The translations under genes and the position numbers were made by a program. From positions 31,390 through 95,389 of IMG/VR virus record IMGVR_UViG_3300042389_000724: a DNA stretch of 64,000 bases, one strand, 5' to 3'. Shown piece after piece: positions 27,942 through 37,262 of this stretch (positions are counted from its first letter, which is position 1; each line of letters starts with the position of its first letter). The notes under the pieces were generated by a model. The model was not told where the DNA came from, did no database searches, and saw only the letters and a list, made by a program, of their open reading frames with translations. Source of the DNA: a virus.

Positions 27942-30900
27942 ATGGCATACGATCCAAGCATATTCAATATCAATCCTTACTACGATGACTTTGATGCAGC
28001 AAAGGGGTTTTTGCGTGTTCTCTTCAAGCCTGGATATGCAGTTCAGGCTCGTGAACTAACACAGGCTCAAACACTTCTACAGAATCAACTATCGAAAATA
28101 GGAGATCACCTTTTCAAGGATGGATCTCGTATTATCGGTGGTGGCATTTCTGTGAGAAATGCATCTTACATCATGGTAGATGCTGGAGTTTCTTCTCCTC
28201 TACTCGGTGCTACCAATTATGAAGACTTGATTGGTTCTGTTTTGACATCAAGTATTGATGGTGACCTGACCGAAGCACGGGTGGTTCATTATGTTGCTCC
28301 CGATGTGTCCTCGGATGGATTGCTGGTACTTATCGTTGATTTTGTCTCTGGATTTGCATTCGAAAGCAGTTTCAATCTCACGAAAGGATCTTTTCAGTAT
28401 AACGGCTTTGTTCCTGCTCCATCGGCTTTTTTAGACGGTGTTGAGTACCCATCAACAGGAACCTGCAAACTCGTATCCGTAAACGAGGGAGTCTTTTATA
28501 TTGATGGATTCTTTGTGCGTTCTTCCACGCAATTCTTCTCTCCATATGAGAAAAATGCTGTTCGTAGAGATTTTCGATTCGACGGTTTTAGTCAACTGAA
28601 TAAAAAGATTGGATTCTTGATTACCCGTGATGGTGTAACGGAACGAGATGACAATACTCTGAGAGATCCTGCAATCGGATCGTACAACTACAATGCGCCT
28701 GGAGCAGATCGTTACAAGATAACTCCTGTGCTTTCACAGGTAGAACTTTTAGATACACCTGATGATTTTGTTGAACTCGTTCGTTTTGAGGGCGGAAAGG
28801 TTGTAAAGAAAGCAGATCGAATTTCTTATGGCGAAATAGAAAAAACACTAGCCAGAAGAACATTCGATGAGTCTGGTTCATACAGCGTGAATCCTTTTGA
28901 TATCTCTATCAAGAGGACTGCTGACAGCACAGAGTATTTCAATCTTGTCATGGGTCAAGGTAAGGCTTACATTCTTGGGCAAGAGGTTGAAAATGCCTAT
29001 CCAAAAGTTTTGCCGTTTCCTAGAGCGCAGACCGTTCAAGAAGAGGGGACATCAAGTCCTCTTTCCTACGATTTCAGCACGGGAAACTATTTGGATGTAA
29101 CATTCAACTCAGATTCTCAAACACTATTCGCCAGCAATCTACCGTCTATTGCGTCAGGCTCTGTGCTTGCGAGATTTTTTGGAACAACCAACAACACCGT
29201 TGCAACTGGCTATGTTCATGGTGCAATTCCCACGAATGCAAACGGTGTATCAGCGAAAACATATAGGCTCTATCTGTACGGTATAAGCGGAGCAGTTCAG
29301 AGTGGAAGATCTGCTTGCATCTATCTCCACACAAACGGAAACACACTCGGAAGATTTGCTCCATCATCGGGAACAACATTTCCTTCTCCGTCTCAAACCG
29401 TACAGCAGTCTTTGGTTTACGAGGTTACTCCAGGATATGCAGTATCTGATTTTTCTTCTTTGAGGGTTGTTGGCAAACTTGTTGGTGGAAACACCAATCT
29501 TGTTGCTGCCTCGCACACTGCGCCAAACACCACATACAGTGTAACAAAAGATCACTTCAGTGATTCATTAGTGAGTCCGAGTTCTAGTGTTTTTTCTTTC
29601 TTCAATTACGGTTCTGGTGCTAACACTTCCTCAAGCGACACGCAAGAGATTGCTATCATTGATCAGAACGGAAATGCATTTGTTCCTCCAGCATCTGGAA
29701 CAATATTGTCCTCTGTTGACACATCTCAGTTTTCGTTGGTGATTACGAATGCTGCAAATGGATTCACCAGCGGTAGTTTCCGTATAGCCGCTCCCGTAAT
29801 ATACACTCCTGTTATCAGTGATGTGAATACCTACCGATACAAGACCACTGCTACTTCAACTCATCAATTTGTTACCAACTCTTTCAAGACAGATTCTGTT
29901 GGCAGAAAGTATTTTACGCTTCCGCACATTGATGTGTTCTCGATTTCTTCGATTGTAAATCAGGCTGATCAACAAATTTTTGCAGATGATTTTGAATTGG
30001 ATGATGGTCAACGCGAATCGCATTATGAAAATGCTAGACTGTATATCAAAGAGAATGCTTCTAGCAAGTCCGTTTACAATGGAACAGCAGGAACAGCGAT
30101 TACTCTTGTTGTGTCCTACTCCAGGTTTACCCACAATGGTTTGCAGTGTGCTCCATTCATAGGAAAACACTCATACACAGATCTTGAATATGAAAAGATT
30201 CCTCTTTACACAAATCCCAGAACAGGAAAGACCGTTTCTCTTGCAAATTGCATAGACTTCAGGCGGTCTGGTTTGACATCATCGGTGGCTATGCTCAAGC
30301 CATATGGTCGCTCCGAGTTTGGTACAATTGGCGACACGCAGATCAAGTACAGCCACTACTTGCCAAGAATTGACAAGATTTGTTTGAAGGCGGATGTAGA
30401 AGACGGATCTCCTCTGTTTTTCTTGGAATCTGGTACACCAGATATTTCACCCGTGTCTCCTTCAGATCCAGCAGACTCTTTGGTGCTAGCAACTCTCACC
30501 GTTCCTGCGTACACACATAATCCAGAAGACATCATGATCTCTCCCGTGAATTCGAAGAGATATACCATGTCTGATATTGGACGAATGGAGAAGCGTGTTG
30601 ATGATGTAGAGGTGTTTACTAAACTATCTCTATCTGAAACAGAATTGGAAACGCGATCACTGAAAACATCGGTTTCTCAAACAGAACCGCTGAAGACTTC
30701 TATCTTTGTGGATGAACTGTATGGACACTCTTCTTCGGATGTAGTATCCAATTTCCATTCATGTTCTATAGATTTGGAGCGATCTGAACTAAGACCATTC
30801 TTTGTTCCGTTTGATGTTGGTTTTGTGGAAGGTGTCACATCCGATACTCGTGAATCTGCTGATGGAATCGTTACACTAAATTACACATCAAAACTCTACA

Positions 30901-32873
30901 TCGACAACAAGAAGTACACCAAGACAATCAAGCCAAATCCTTCGAATAATGTAAACTGGTTGGGTTTCTTGAAGATCACTCCTCAAGTGACCACCATTTA
31001 TGACAAATCGGTAAGACCTGTTGTGAAAACCAATTCTCTCATGGAGAATGATAATTGGCTTTCATCTAACGCAAATGATGATCGTGGATTCGGTACTCAA
31101 TGGAACGATTGGGAGAGCATTTGGTTTGGGATTAACGATATAGAGGAAGAGCAGCAGGACATACAGAACCGAATTCTACAAACTCCTCGTATAAATTCCG
31201 AGTCTTCGGTTTCCAATATCAATTCTGGAAATGTCAAAGTTTCAGCAAGCAGAAACGCACAATCTGTGGATCAGCGCACAAGTAGTTTCATGCGTACCAG
31301 ATATCTGAAAAACCGAATCAAGACAAAAATCGAAAACAAAATAATCGACAGAAGTGTAATTCCATATATCCCATATCAAACTGTGTCGGGATTGGCTACT
31401 GGACTGAAGCCAAATTCTCAGAGTCTTTCTGTGTTCTTTGACAGTGATCTTGTGTTGTCTGGAGTTACGAGTGATGAAAACGGTACATCAAGGTTTTCGT
31501 TTGACATCATAAACTCTTCTGCGCTAGTAGGAAGCAGAACTGTTCGTATTTCTGATGCAGACGCAATTGAAAATTCTACTCTTTCTGCTGATGCGGTTTA
31601 CCACTGCTCTGGGATTTTGAATCAGAGAGATTCTGGATCTTTTTCTACAAGACCCCCAGAACTACGCAGGCAGTCTGTTAATAGTGAAACCATAGCAAAA
31701 GATCCGTTCAACCGCGATCTTGATACAATCGAAAACAATCAGTGGTCAGATCCTCTTTCACAAACATTCTTTGTCGATAAGAAAACGAATGCAGAAGGAA
31801 TTTTCCTTAACAGCGTTTCTCTATTCTTCTCGTCCAAGGATTCGAAACTGCCTGTTGCTGTTCAGATTCGTCCCACTCTTTCGGGATATCCTTCTCCATC
31901 TGTTGTTCTGCCTTTCAGTACAGTTGTCAAGATGCCTTCTGAAGTAAATGCATCTAGCGTTCCAGCCGAAACCAAGTTTGAGTTCAGCAGTCCTGTGTAT
32001 TTGGAACCTGGAGAATATTCGATTTGTGTTTTGACAAACAGCGATGACTATGAGTTGTTTGCTGCCGAGTCTTCGTTCAACTCCATACCAAATTCTTCTT
32101 CCACATCTGGAAGAGCAGGAAACAATCAATTGGTGGGAACGCTCTTTGTTGCACAGGGATTGGGTGCTGCTGTTCCAGACAATACCACGGATCTTATGTT
32201 CTCATTGGAACGCTGCGAGTTTGCTTCTCAAGGAACATATAGCATCAATGGTGCTACCAATCTTTCCGATGTTCAAGTAGTGAAGTTTTATTCGAGTGAG
32301 ATTATTCCGAGTGGTTGTTCGATCAGCCGACAGATCGGAACAACAGAATTTTACAATGGAGAGTCGATTTATCCAGAGACTGCTATTACACCAAACATAG
32401 TCTATACACTTCGTCGTGGTGCGAGTAATGCAGTTTCTCCAGTCTTCGACAGGCAGACTCTTGTTGGAACATCCGTTCAAATGTACACCAATCGCACCTC
32501 CACATCTCCTTATTCTGAATATGTGTCACGAGTTGTTGAGTTGCCCGACTACATTACTTCCAATGGTATTGCGGTTTTCGTGGATGAAAACACTCCCACT
32601 CAAACACAGATAAGCGTACAGTACCGATGCAGCGTTTCTGGCGAGACTGATATTTTTGACAAGCCTTGGGCGAATCTCAGTAGAAGTTTGAATACTCCAC
32701 AATTCACCAGTTCTTCGGATCTTGACTTCCGAGAGGCAGAGTTCAGGGGTGTTACCAGTTCATTCCAGTCCTATCAGATTAAAGTGAGACTGTCTTCTGC
32801 TGCATCCCCAACATATTCAAGAACTCCATCTGTTAGAAATATTCGTACCATCAGTTTCATACAACCAACCTAA
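27942..32873 (+). CDS. Large virion structural protein (DUF4815/VrlC-like)
   Basis: NPYYDDF, RVLFKPG..VQARELTQ.Q, GSYN.NAPGADR, LARRT.DESG.Y, YLPRIDK, DPLSQTF, F.F.SPVYL. Confidence 0.88.
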   Translation: MAYDPSIFNINPYYDDFDAAKGFLRVLFKPGYAVQARELTQAQTLLQNQLSKIGDHLFKDGSRIIGGGISVRNASYIMVDAGVSSPLLGATNYEDLIGSVLTSSIDGDLTEARVVHYVAPDVSSDGLLVLIVDFVSGFAFESSFNLTKGSFQYNGFVPAPSAFLDGVEYPSTGTCKLVSVNEGVFYIDGFFVRSSTQFFSPYEKNAVRRDFRFDGFSQLNKKIGFLITRDGVTERDDNTLRDPAIGSYNYNAPGADRYKITPVLSQVELLDTPDDFVELVRFEGGKVVKKADRISYGEIEKTLARRTFDESGSYSVNPFDISIKRTADSTEYFNLVMGQGKAYILGQEVENAYPKVLPFPRAQTVQEEGTSSPLSYDFSTGNYLDVTFNSDSQTLFASNLPSIASGSVLARFFGTTNNTVATGYVHGAIPTNANGVSAKTYRLYLYGISGAVQSGRSACIYLHTNGNTLGRFAPSSGTTFPSPSQTVQQSLVYEVTPGYAVSDFSSLRVVGKLVGGNTNLVAASHTAPNTTYSVTKDHFSDSLVSPSSSVFSFFNYGSGANTSSSDTQEIAIIDQNGNAFVPPASGTILSSVDTSQFSLVITNAANGFTSGSFRIAAPVIYTPVISDVNTYRYKTTATSTHQFVTNSFKTDSVGRKYFTLPHIDVFSISSIVNQADQQIFADDFELDDGQRESHYENARLYIKENASSKSVYNGTAGTAITLVVSYSRFTHNGLQCAPFIGKHSYTDLEYEKIPLYTNPRTGKTVSLANCIDFRRSGLTSSVAMLKPYGRSEFGTIGDTQIKYSHYLPRIDKICLKADVEDGSPLFFLESGTPDISPVSPSDPADSLVLATLTVPAYTHNPEDIMISPVNSKRYTMSDIGRMEKRVDDVEVFTKLSLSETELETRSLKTSVSQTEPLKTSIFVDELYGHSSSDVVSNFHSCSIDLERSELRPFFVPFDVGFVEGVTSDTRESADGIVTLNYTSKLYIDNKKYTKTIKPNPSNNVNWLGFLKITPQVTTIYDKSVRPVVKTNSLMENDNWLSSNANDDRGFGTQWNDWESIWFGINDIEEEQQDIQNRILQTPRINSESSVSNINSGNVKVSASRNAQSVDQRTSSFMRTRYLKNRIKTKIENKIIDRSVIPYIPYQTVSGLATGLKPNSQSLSVFFDSDLVLSGVTSDENGTSRFSFDIINSSALVGSRTVRISDADAIENSTLSADAVYHCSGILNQRDSGSFSTRPPELRRQSVNSETIAKDPFNRDLDTIENNQWSDPLSQTFFVDKKTNAEGIFLNSVSLFFSSKDSKLPVAVQIRPTLSGYPSPSVVLPFSTVVKMPSEVNASSVPAETKFEFSSPVYLEPGEYSICVLTNSDDYELFAAESSFNSIPNSSSTSGRAGNNQLVGTLFVAQGLGAAVPDNTTDLMFSLERCEFASQGTYSINGATNLSDVQVVKFYSSEIIPSGCSISRQIGTTEFYNGESIYPETAITPNIVYTLRRGASNAVSPVFDRQTLVGTSVQMYTNRTSTSPYSEYVSRVVELPDYITSNGIAVFVDENTPTQTQISVQYRCSVSGETDIFDKPWANLSRSLNTPQFTSSSDLDFREAEFRGVTSSFQSYQIKVRLSSAASPTYSRTPSVRNIRTISFIQPT

Positions 32874-32874
32874 C

Positions 32875-33060
32875 ATGAGAAAATATACTAGATCTAATAC
32901 GGGTGCGTTGATACTATCTGATCGGTCTGTTGTGCGTGAATATGTGGAGAAAAAGGAACAGCACGAACGAATAGAGTGTCTAGCCAGAGAGATAGATACT
33001 CTTAAGCAGCAGATTCTCGAACTTCAGAACACAGTACTCAGACTAACCAAGAGCGAGTAA
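32875..33060 (+). CDS. Small coiled-coil hypothetical protein
   Basis: R..TGALI motif plus coiled coil, typical of the small gene following DUF4815 proteins; coupled to both neighbours. Confidence 0.75.
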   Translation: MRKYTRSNTGALILSDRSVVREYVEKKEQHERIECLAREIDTLKQQILELQNTVLRLTKSE

Positions 33061-33062
33061 CC

Positions 33063-36000
33063 ATGCCAGTAGACACAGGACCAGACCGTATTGATTTCAC
33101 GATTCCAGAAGTGGATCTTGGTGATACCTTCAACACATGGAGGGACATTACTAATACATCTGTCTATAAACTCAATAAGGTCAAACTATATGAGGGATTG
33201 TCATCAGGTAGCGTGAATGTTATTGTGTCGGATGGGGGAACGGCTCAGTTCAAACTTCAAGACAATATTGTTGATGGTTTGTGTTTTACCGCTCATGTGG
33301 TGTTTGGGCAGGGAGTCACTTTCAACGGTCCTGTTACATTCAATGCGCCAACCTTTACGGTGAACGCAAACATCGTAACGATTGATGACTACAATCTGAT
33401 TCTAGGCGACACAAGCGCAGCGAGCGATGTAAACATTCAGGCTGCTGGAGGCGGCGGTCTTTTCATTAATCGTGGATCTGGAAAAACTGCCGAGTGGCTG
33501 TATCAACCAAAACTAGATGCTTATTCCAGCATTTACGGATTGTGTGGAGCGTGGTTGGGAAATGTCAATATTGGTTTGAGTGGTGCTTCGGCTGGTATTG
33601 TTCCTTTCCTTGGCACAACTCTTCCTATTCACGGATCATCAGTTCGTCTTGATGGAATATCCGCAGGTGAACACGGATTCCAAGTCAATCTTGTTGACAA
33701 TCCAGGAAAAACTGGAACTCGTAAGATAGAATTTTCTCGGTATTCTCCCACTGGCTCTACGGCTTTCATTGATGTAATGATGGAAGAGTCTGGAATTTCA
33801 TATGGAGGAAGACCATATGTATTCATCAAAGACGGTGTAAACCGAAAAACTGTGAGAACACCAAGCAACCACGGTTTTGTGGTTGGAACTCCAATCGTTT
33901 TGACAGGTGCTGGTGCATATGTCGCCGCCAAAGCAGATACTTCTGATAATGCAGAAGTCATCGGTATTGTTTCTCGTGTCGTTGACTCGGTGACATTTGA
34001 ACTAACATTCATCGGTGAAGTCTTCAACATCAATCCAACGGCAAATGTTGATGGAACAGGACTCATCACGGGTTCTGTTTACTATTTAAGTCCGTATGTT
34101 CAGGGAAAACTCACCGTCACGCAGCCGACTCAGCAGGGAGTCGTCCACAAAGCAGTTCTGATTGCTACTTCATCCACATCGGGAGTAGTAATTCCTTGGA
34201 CTGGTGGTGTGCTCACGCAACCACTGGTACTTGGTTCTTCCACCAATACTTCGGTCAGAATTTCACAATACAACAAGTTCCGTCTTGGAGATGTTGTACG
34301 CTATCGTGCGTTTGCTTCTCCAACAGGACTCACATACAACATCCCATCAGGTATCACAGGTGCTACCTACGATTACGGAATATTCGTGGTGGCTCAGGCA
34401 AACACCACCACTGAAGCAGAAGTTGCTGGTATAGTTGTTTCTACCGAACAAATTGCTGGCACATCGGTGAACCGCGCGTTCAACCTAATGATGGACGGAT
34501 TCTTTGAATTCCCGCAGGGGGTGTCTGCTGTAAACAATGGGTCTGTTGGAAACTTGCAGACAGGCACCGTTTATTTCTTGAACACAGATTGCGCGGGAAC
34601 CACACAGGCGTTTGAGGGTAGAACTGCTTGCTATAACAATTCGTCTCCTACTCAGGTGGGATATGTTCGCAAGCCGATGATGTATGCCATCAGCCCAACA
34701 AAGGGATATCTGTTCTCATATCGCGGTGATGTTACTGGTCTACCTGGTATTTCTGCCAATGTGCCTCTTGAAAGTCTTCTGATTCGTAATCTTGCCAGTG
34801 ATCAGAACGGAGATCTGGTATTCGGTGTCTACAGCGGAGGAGTTCAGGGTGGCAAGCAGGTCATGGTGTTCGACAACACCACAAAGGGAAATGTACGCAT
34901 AGGCGACAGCAATTTCACTAGCAGTTCTGTTGGTGCTGGTGCAACTCTGTCTGTTGCTGGCTCGATTTTTGCTGGCGATACATTTGCAACGAATGGTTCG
35001 GTGATGCTTGCTAGTCGTTACACGGGAGCATTCCCCACGACTTTGAATGTCATCGGCTCGGAATATAGCACGGGAAATACCGTGGTTGCTTACGGAGTTC
35101 GTCCGTCTTCCACCTCTTCCGCAGCGTCTTTCAAAAGCACATACGGTTCTACAAGCCTTGCACGAACTGCCATTGAGACAGGAGTTGTTGACGGAACATC
35201 GAATCCAAAGATGTCGTTCTTGGCGTACTACAACACTGCACACGCTGCTCCAGGCATCACCAATACAGCAGTGGGAACCGATGTTCCCATGTACGAGGTA
35301 ATGACCGTCACTCCTATTGGTCTTGGATTTGGATCCACGGCACCAGGGGCTTCGTTGGATGTTGTTGGCAGTGCAAGAGTTCGTACTCGTATGGGAATCG
35401 GCGCGAATTCAGACACATATCTTGCTGATGCGCTGCTTAATTTCGGAAACAATTACGAAAACACAGCCACACCTACTCCGAATCAGACCACATCAACCAT
35501 TCGTATGTACTCGGCTGCGGGTGCAACATATGGATTGAGTGTTTCCACAACAGCACTGAACATTGGAGCGCACCAGAGCGGTGCTTCCATCCGCCTCCAT
35601 GTTGATGGAGCGGAACGAGCCAGATTGACTGCTTCTGGTCTTGGTATAGGAACGGGTACTCCAGGCGCAAGTCTGGATGTGGAAGGTGATGCAATTGTTT
35701 ACGGAAAACTTTCCGTTGGCACATTTAGTGTTGCATCTGCTGGTGTACTGTACGGAAGTTGGCTTGGTGTGTGTGGTGGATCAATTCTATCCATTCCCAG
35801 AAAACTGGGAAGTGGGGGACGACAGTTTGTTTTCCGAGATGTAGTGTCTTGGGGCAGCAGCAGTTCTGATTTTGATGGTGCTCTTGTGATTGAAACGCCA
35901 CAGGTTTCATCAAAAAATCAAATGGACACCTATGTTATTCGTGGGTACAACTACGGACGACCATCGTCTGGCGAAGGTGCAGGCGAGTGGGAATGCGTGA

Positions 36001-37253
36001 TTGGTGGGTATAATTACTCAGCAGCAGATGCTGGTTGGTATGGACCTGCTGGTACAGGGTATCGTATCACTGGACGAGCACCGTTTACGAGCGTTCGTCT
36101 TACCACTCTTGCCACTGCTGGAGCCGCAGGTAAAAATGTAATCGTTCTCGGAGATGTGAATACTCACTGGCGGCATCCGTACATCACAGTTGATGTGATT
36201 ACTGGATATGCGGACAACACGGTTACATACGGAAGCGAAATTCCAGGTGGATGGTCTGCTGGTGTTTCCACAAACCTTAGTGCTTGCGGATTTACTGCAA
36301 ATGCAGGAGTTCCTGTCTATACATTCCCGCAGATGAACAGCGGATTGGTTTGTGGTTTGTGTGGATCTCACGGAGTGGGAGTCACTGGACCAGTTGGAGT
36401 TCTTGAAGTTTCTCGGCGGATATATGGCGTGTCTCCCACCAATGTGGCGGGCTTCACCTCCATGAATAATCTGTCAGTGTACAACCTTGTTCTGGATGGA
36501 TCCTCACAGAACGGCAGCGGCAACACTCCAAACTACAATGGAAACGGAATAGCATTTGCTGCAAGAGACAGCAGTTCCACTCTTCCATTTGCTGCAATCT
36601 ATATTGGAGGACGCGGCAGCGGCAGTTGCATGAATTTCGCACTGTCAAGCACATACGCACAGGGTTTGACGGCTCCCGTGATGACACTGTTCAACAACCA
36701 TGTAGGAATTGGAGTCACCACTCCCACTGGTCTGGGAAATACTGCTTCTCTTGATGTTCTGGGAATTGTCAAATCTAACACTATAGCCTTTAACATGAGA
36801 GCAACTACATCAAATCACCATGTTGTTCCTGCCAATACAACAACGGGAAGTATTGGTTTGACATATGACTCATCTCTTGTCAGCAGTCCTTATGCAAGCC
36901 CCTCTACTGGATTTTTTACTGCTCCAGTTTCTGGCTTGTATGAAATGAGGTTTGCATCCCTATGTACGAAGGGTGTAACAACTGGTGCGGGTGGAACAAC
37001 ATATGTTCAAGTCTACTTCACTAAGACGGGTTTCACTCAGGTTGGTTCATATGCAATCACTCCGAATCCATTTGTAACGAGTCAGGGAAATGATAGTTAT
37101 CAAATGGTATATCTTAATGATATAGTCAGCCTGACCGCTGGAGAAACGGTGGGAGTGAATGCACAGGTGCGGAGTGGACCAAATGTTACTGGAGTGGGGG
37201 TTTTCAGAGGGCAATATAACAGTTTTTCTGGAAGATACATCGGACGAGAATAA
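33063..37253 (+). CDS. Tail fibre-like protein with C-terminal C1q-like domain
   Basis: N-terminal L.DTFN.WR..TN, two A.A.....AEV.GIV repeat modules, GLGIGT.TP/ERAR fibre motifs, C-terminal TG.FTAPVSGLY...L.AG..V...FSG. Confidence 0.8.
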   Translation: MPVDTGPDRIDFTIPEVDLGDTFNTWRDITNTSVYKLNKVKLYEGLSSGSVNVIVSDGGTAQFKLQDNIVDGLCFTAHVVFGQGVTFNGPVTFNAPTFTVNANIVTIDDYNLILGDTSAASDVNIQAAGGGGLFINRGSGKTAEWLYQPKLDAYSSIYGLCGAWLGNVNIGLSGASAGIVPFLGTTLPIHGSSVRLDGISAGEHGFQVNLVDNPGKTGTRKIEFSRYSPTGSTAFIDVMMEESGISYGGRPYVFIKDGVNRKTVRTPSNHGFVVGTPIVLTGAGAYVAAKADTSDNAEVIGIVSRVVDSVTFELTFIGEVFNINPTANVDGTGLITGSVYYLSPYVQGKLTVTQPTQQGVVHKAVLIATSSTSGVVIPWTGGVLTQPLVLGSSTNTSVRISQYNKFRLGDVVRYRAFASPTGLTYNIPSGITGATYDYGIFVVAQANTTTEAEVAGIVVSTEQIAGTSVNRAFNLMMDGFFEFPQGVSAVNNGSVGNLQTGTVYFLNTDCAGTTQAFEGRTACYNNSSPTQVGYVRKPMMYAISPTKGYLFSYRGDVTGLPGISANVPLESLLIRNLASDQNGDLVFGVYSGGVQGGKQVMVFDNTTKGNVRIGDSNFTSSSVGAGATLSVAGSIFAGDTFATNGSVMLASRYTGAFPTTLNVIGSEYSTGNTVVAYGVRPSSTSSAASFKSTYGSTSLARTAIETGVVDGTSNPKMSFLAYYNTAHAAPGITNTAVGTDVPMYEVMTVTPIGLGFGSTAPGASLDVVGSARVRTRMGIGANSDTYLADALLNFGNNYENTATPTPNQTTSTIRMYSAAGATYGLSVSTTALNIGAHQSGASIRLHVDGAERARLTASGLGIGTGTPGASLDVEGDAIVYGKLSVGTFSVASAGVLYGSWLGVCGGSILSIPRKLGSGGRQFVFRDVVSWGSSSSDFDGALVIETPQVSSKNQMDTYVIRGYNYGRPSSGEGAGEWECVIGGYNYSAADAGWYGPAGTGYRITGRAPFTSVRLTTLATAGAAGKNVIVLGDVNTHWRHPYITVDVITGYADNTVTYGSEIPGGWSAGVSTNLSACGFTANAGVPVYTFPQMNSGLVCGLCGSHGVGVTGPVGVLEVSRRIYGVSPTNVAGFTSMNNLSVYNLVLDGSSQNGSGNTPNYNGNGIAFAARDSSSTLPFAAIYIGGRGSGSCMNFALSSTYAQGLTAPVMTLFNNHVGIGVTTPTGLGNTASLDVLGIVKSNTIAFNMRATTSNHHVVPANTTTGSIGLTYDSSLVSSPYASPSTGFFTAPVSGLYEMRFASLCTKGVTTGAGGTTYVQVYFTKTGFTQVGSYAITPNPFVTSQGNDSYQMVYLNDIVSLTAGETVGVNAQVRSGPNVTGVGVFRGQYNSFSGRYIGRE

Positions 37254-37262
37254 AGAGGAAAC

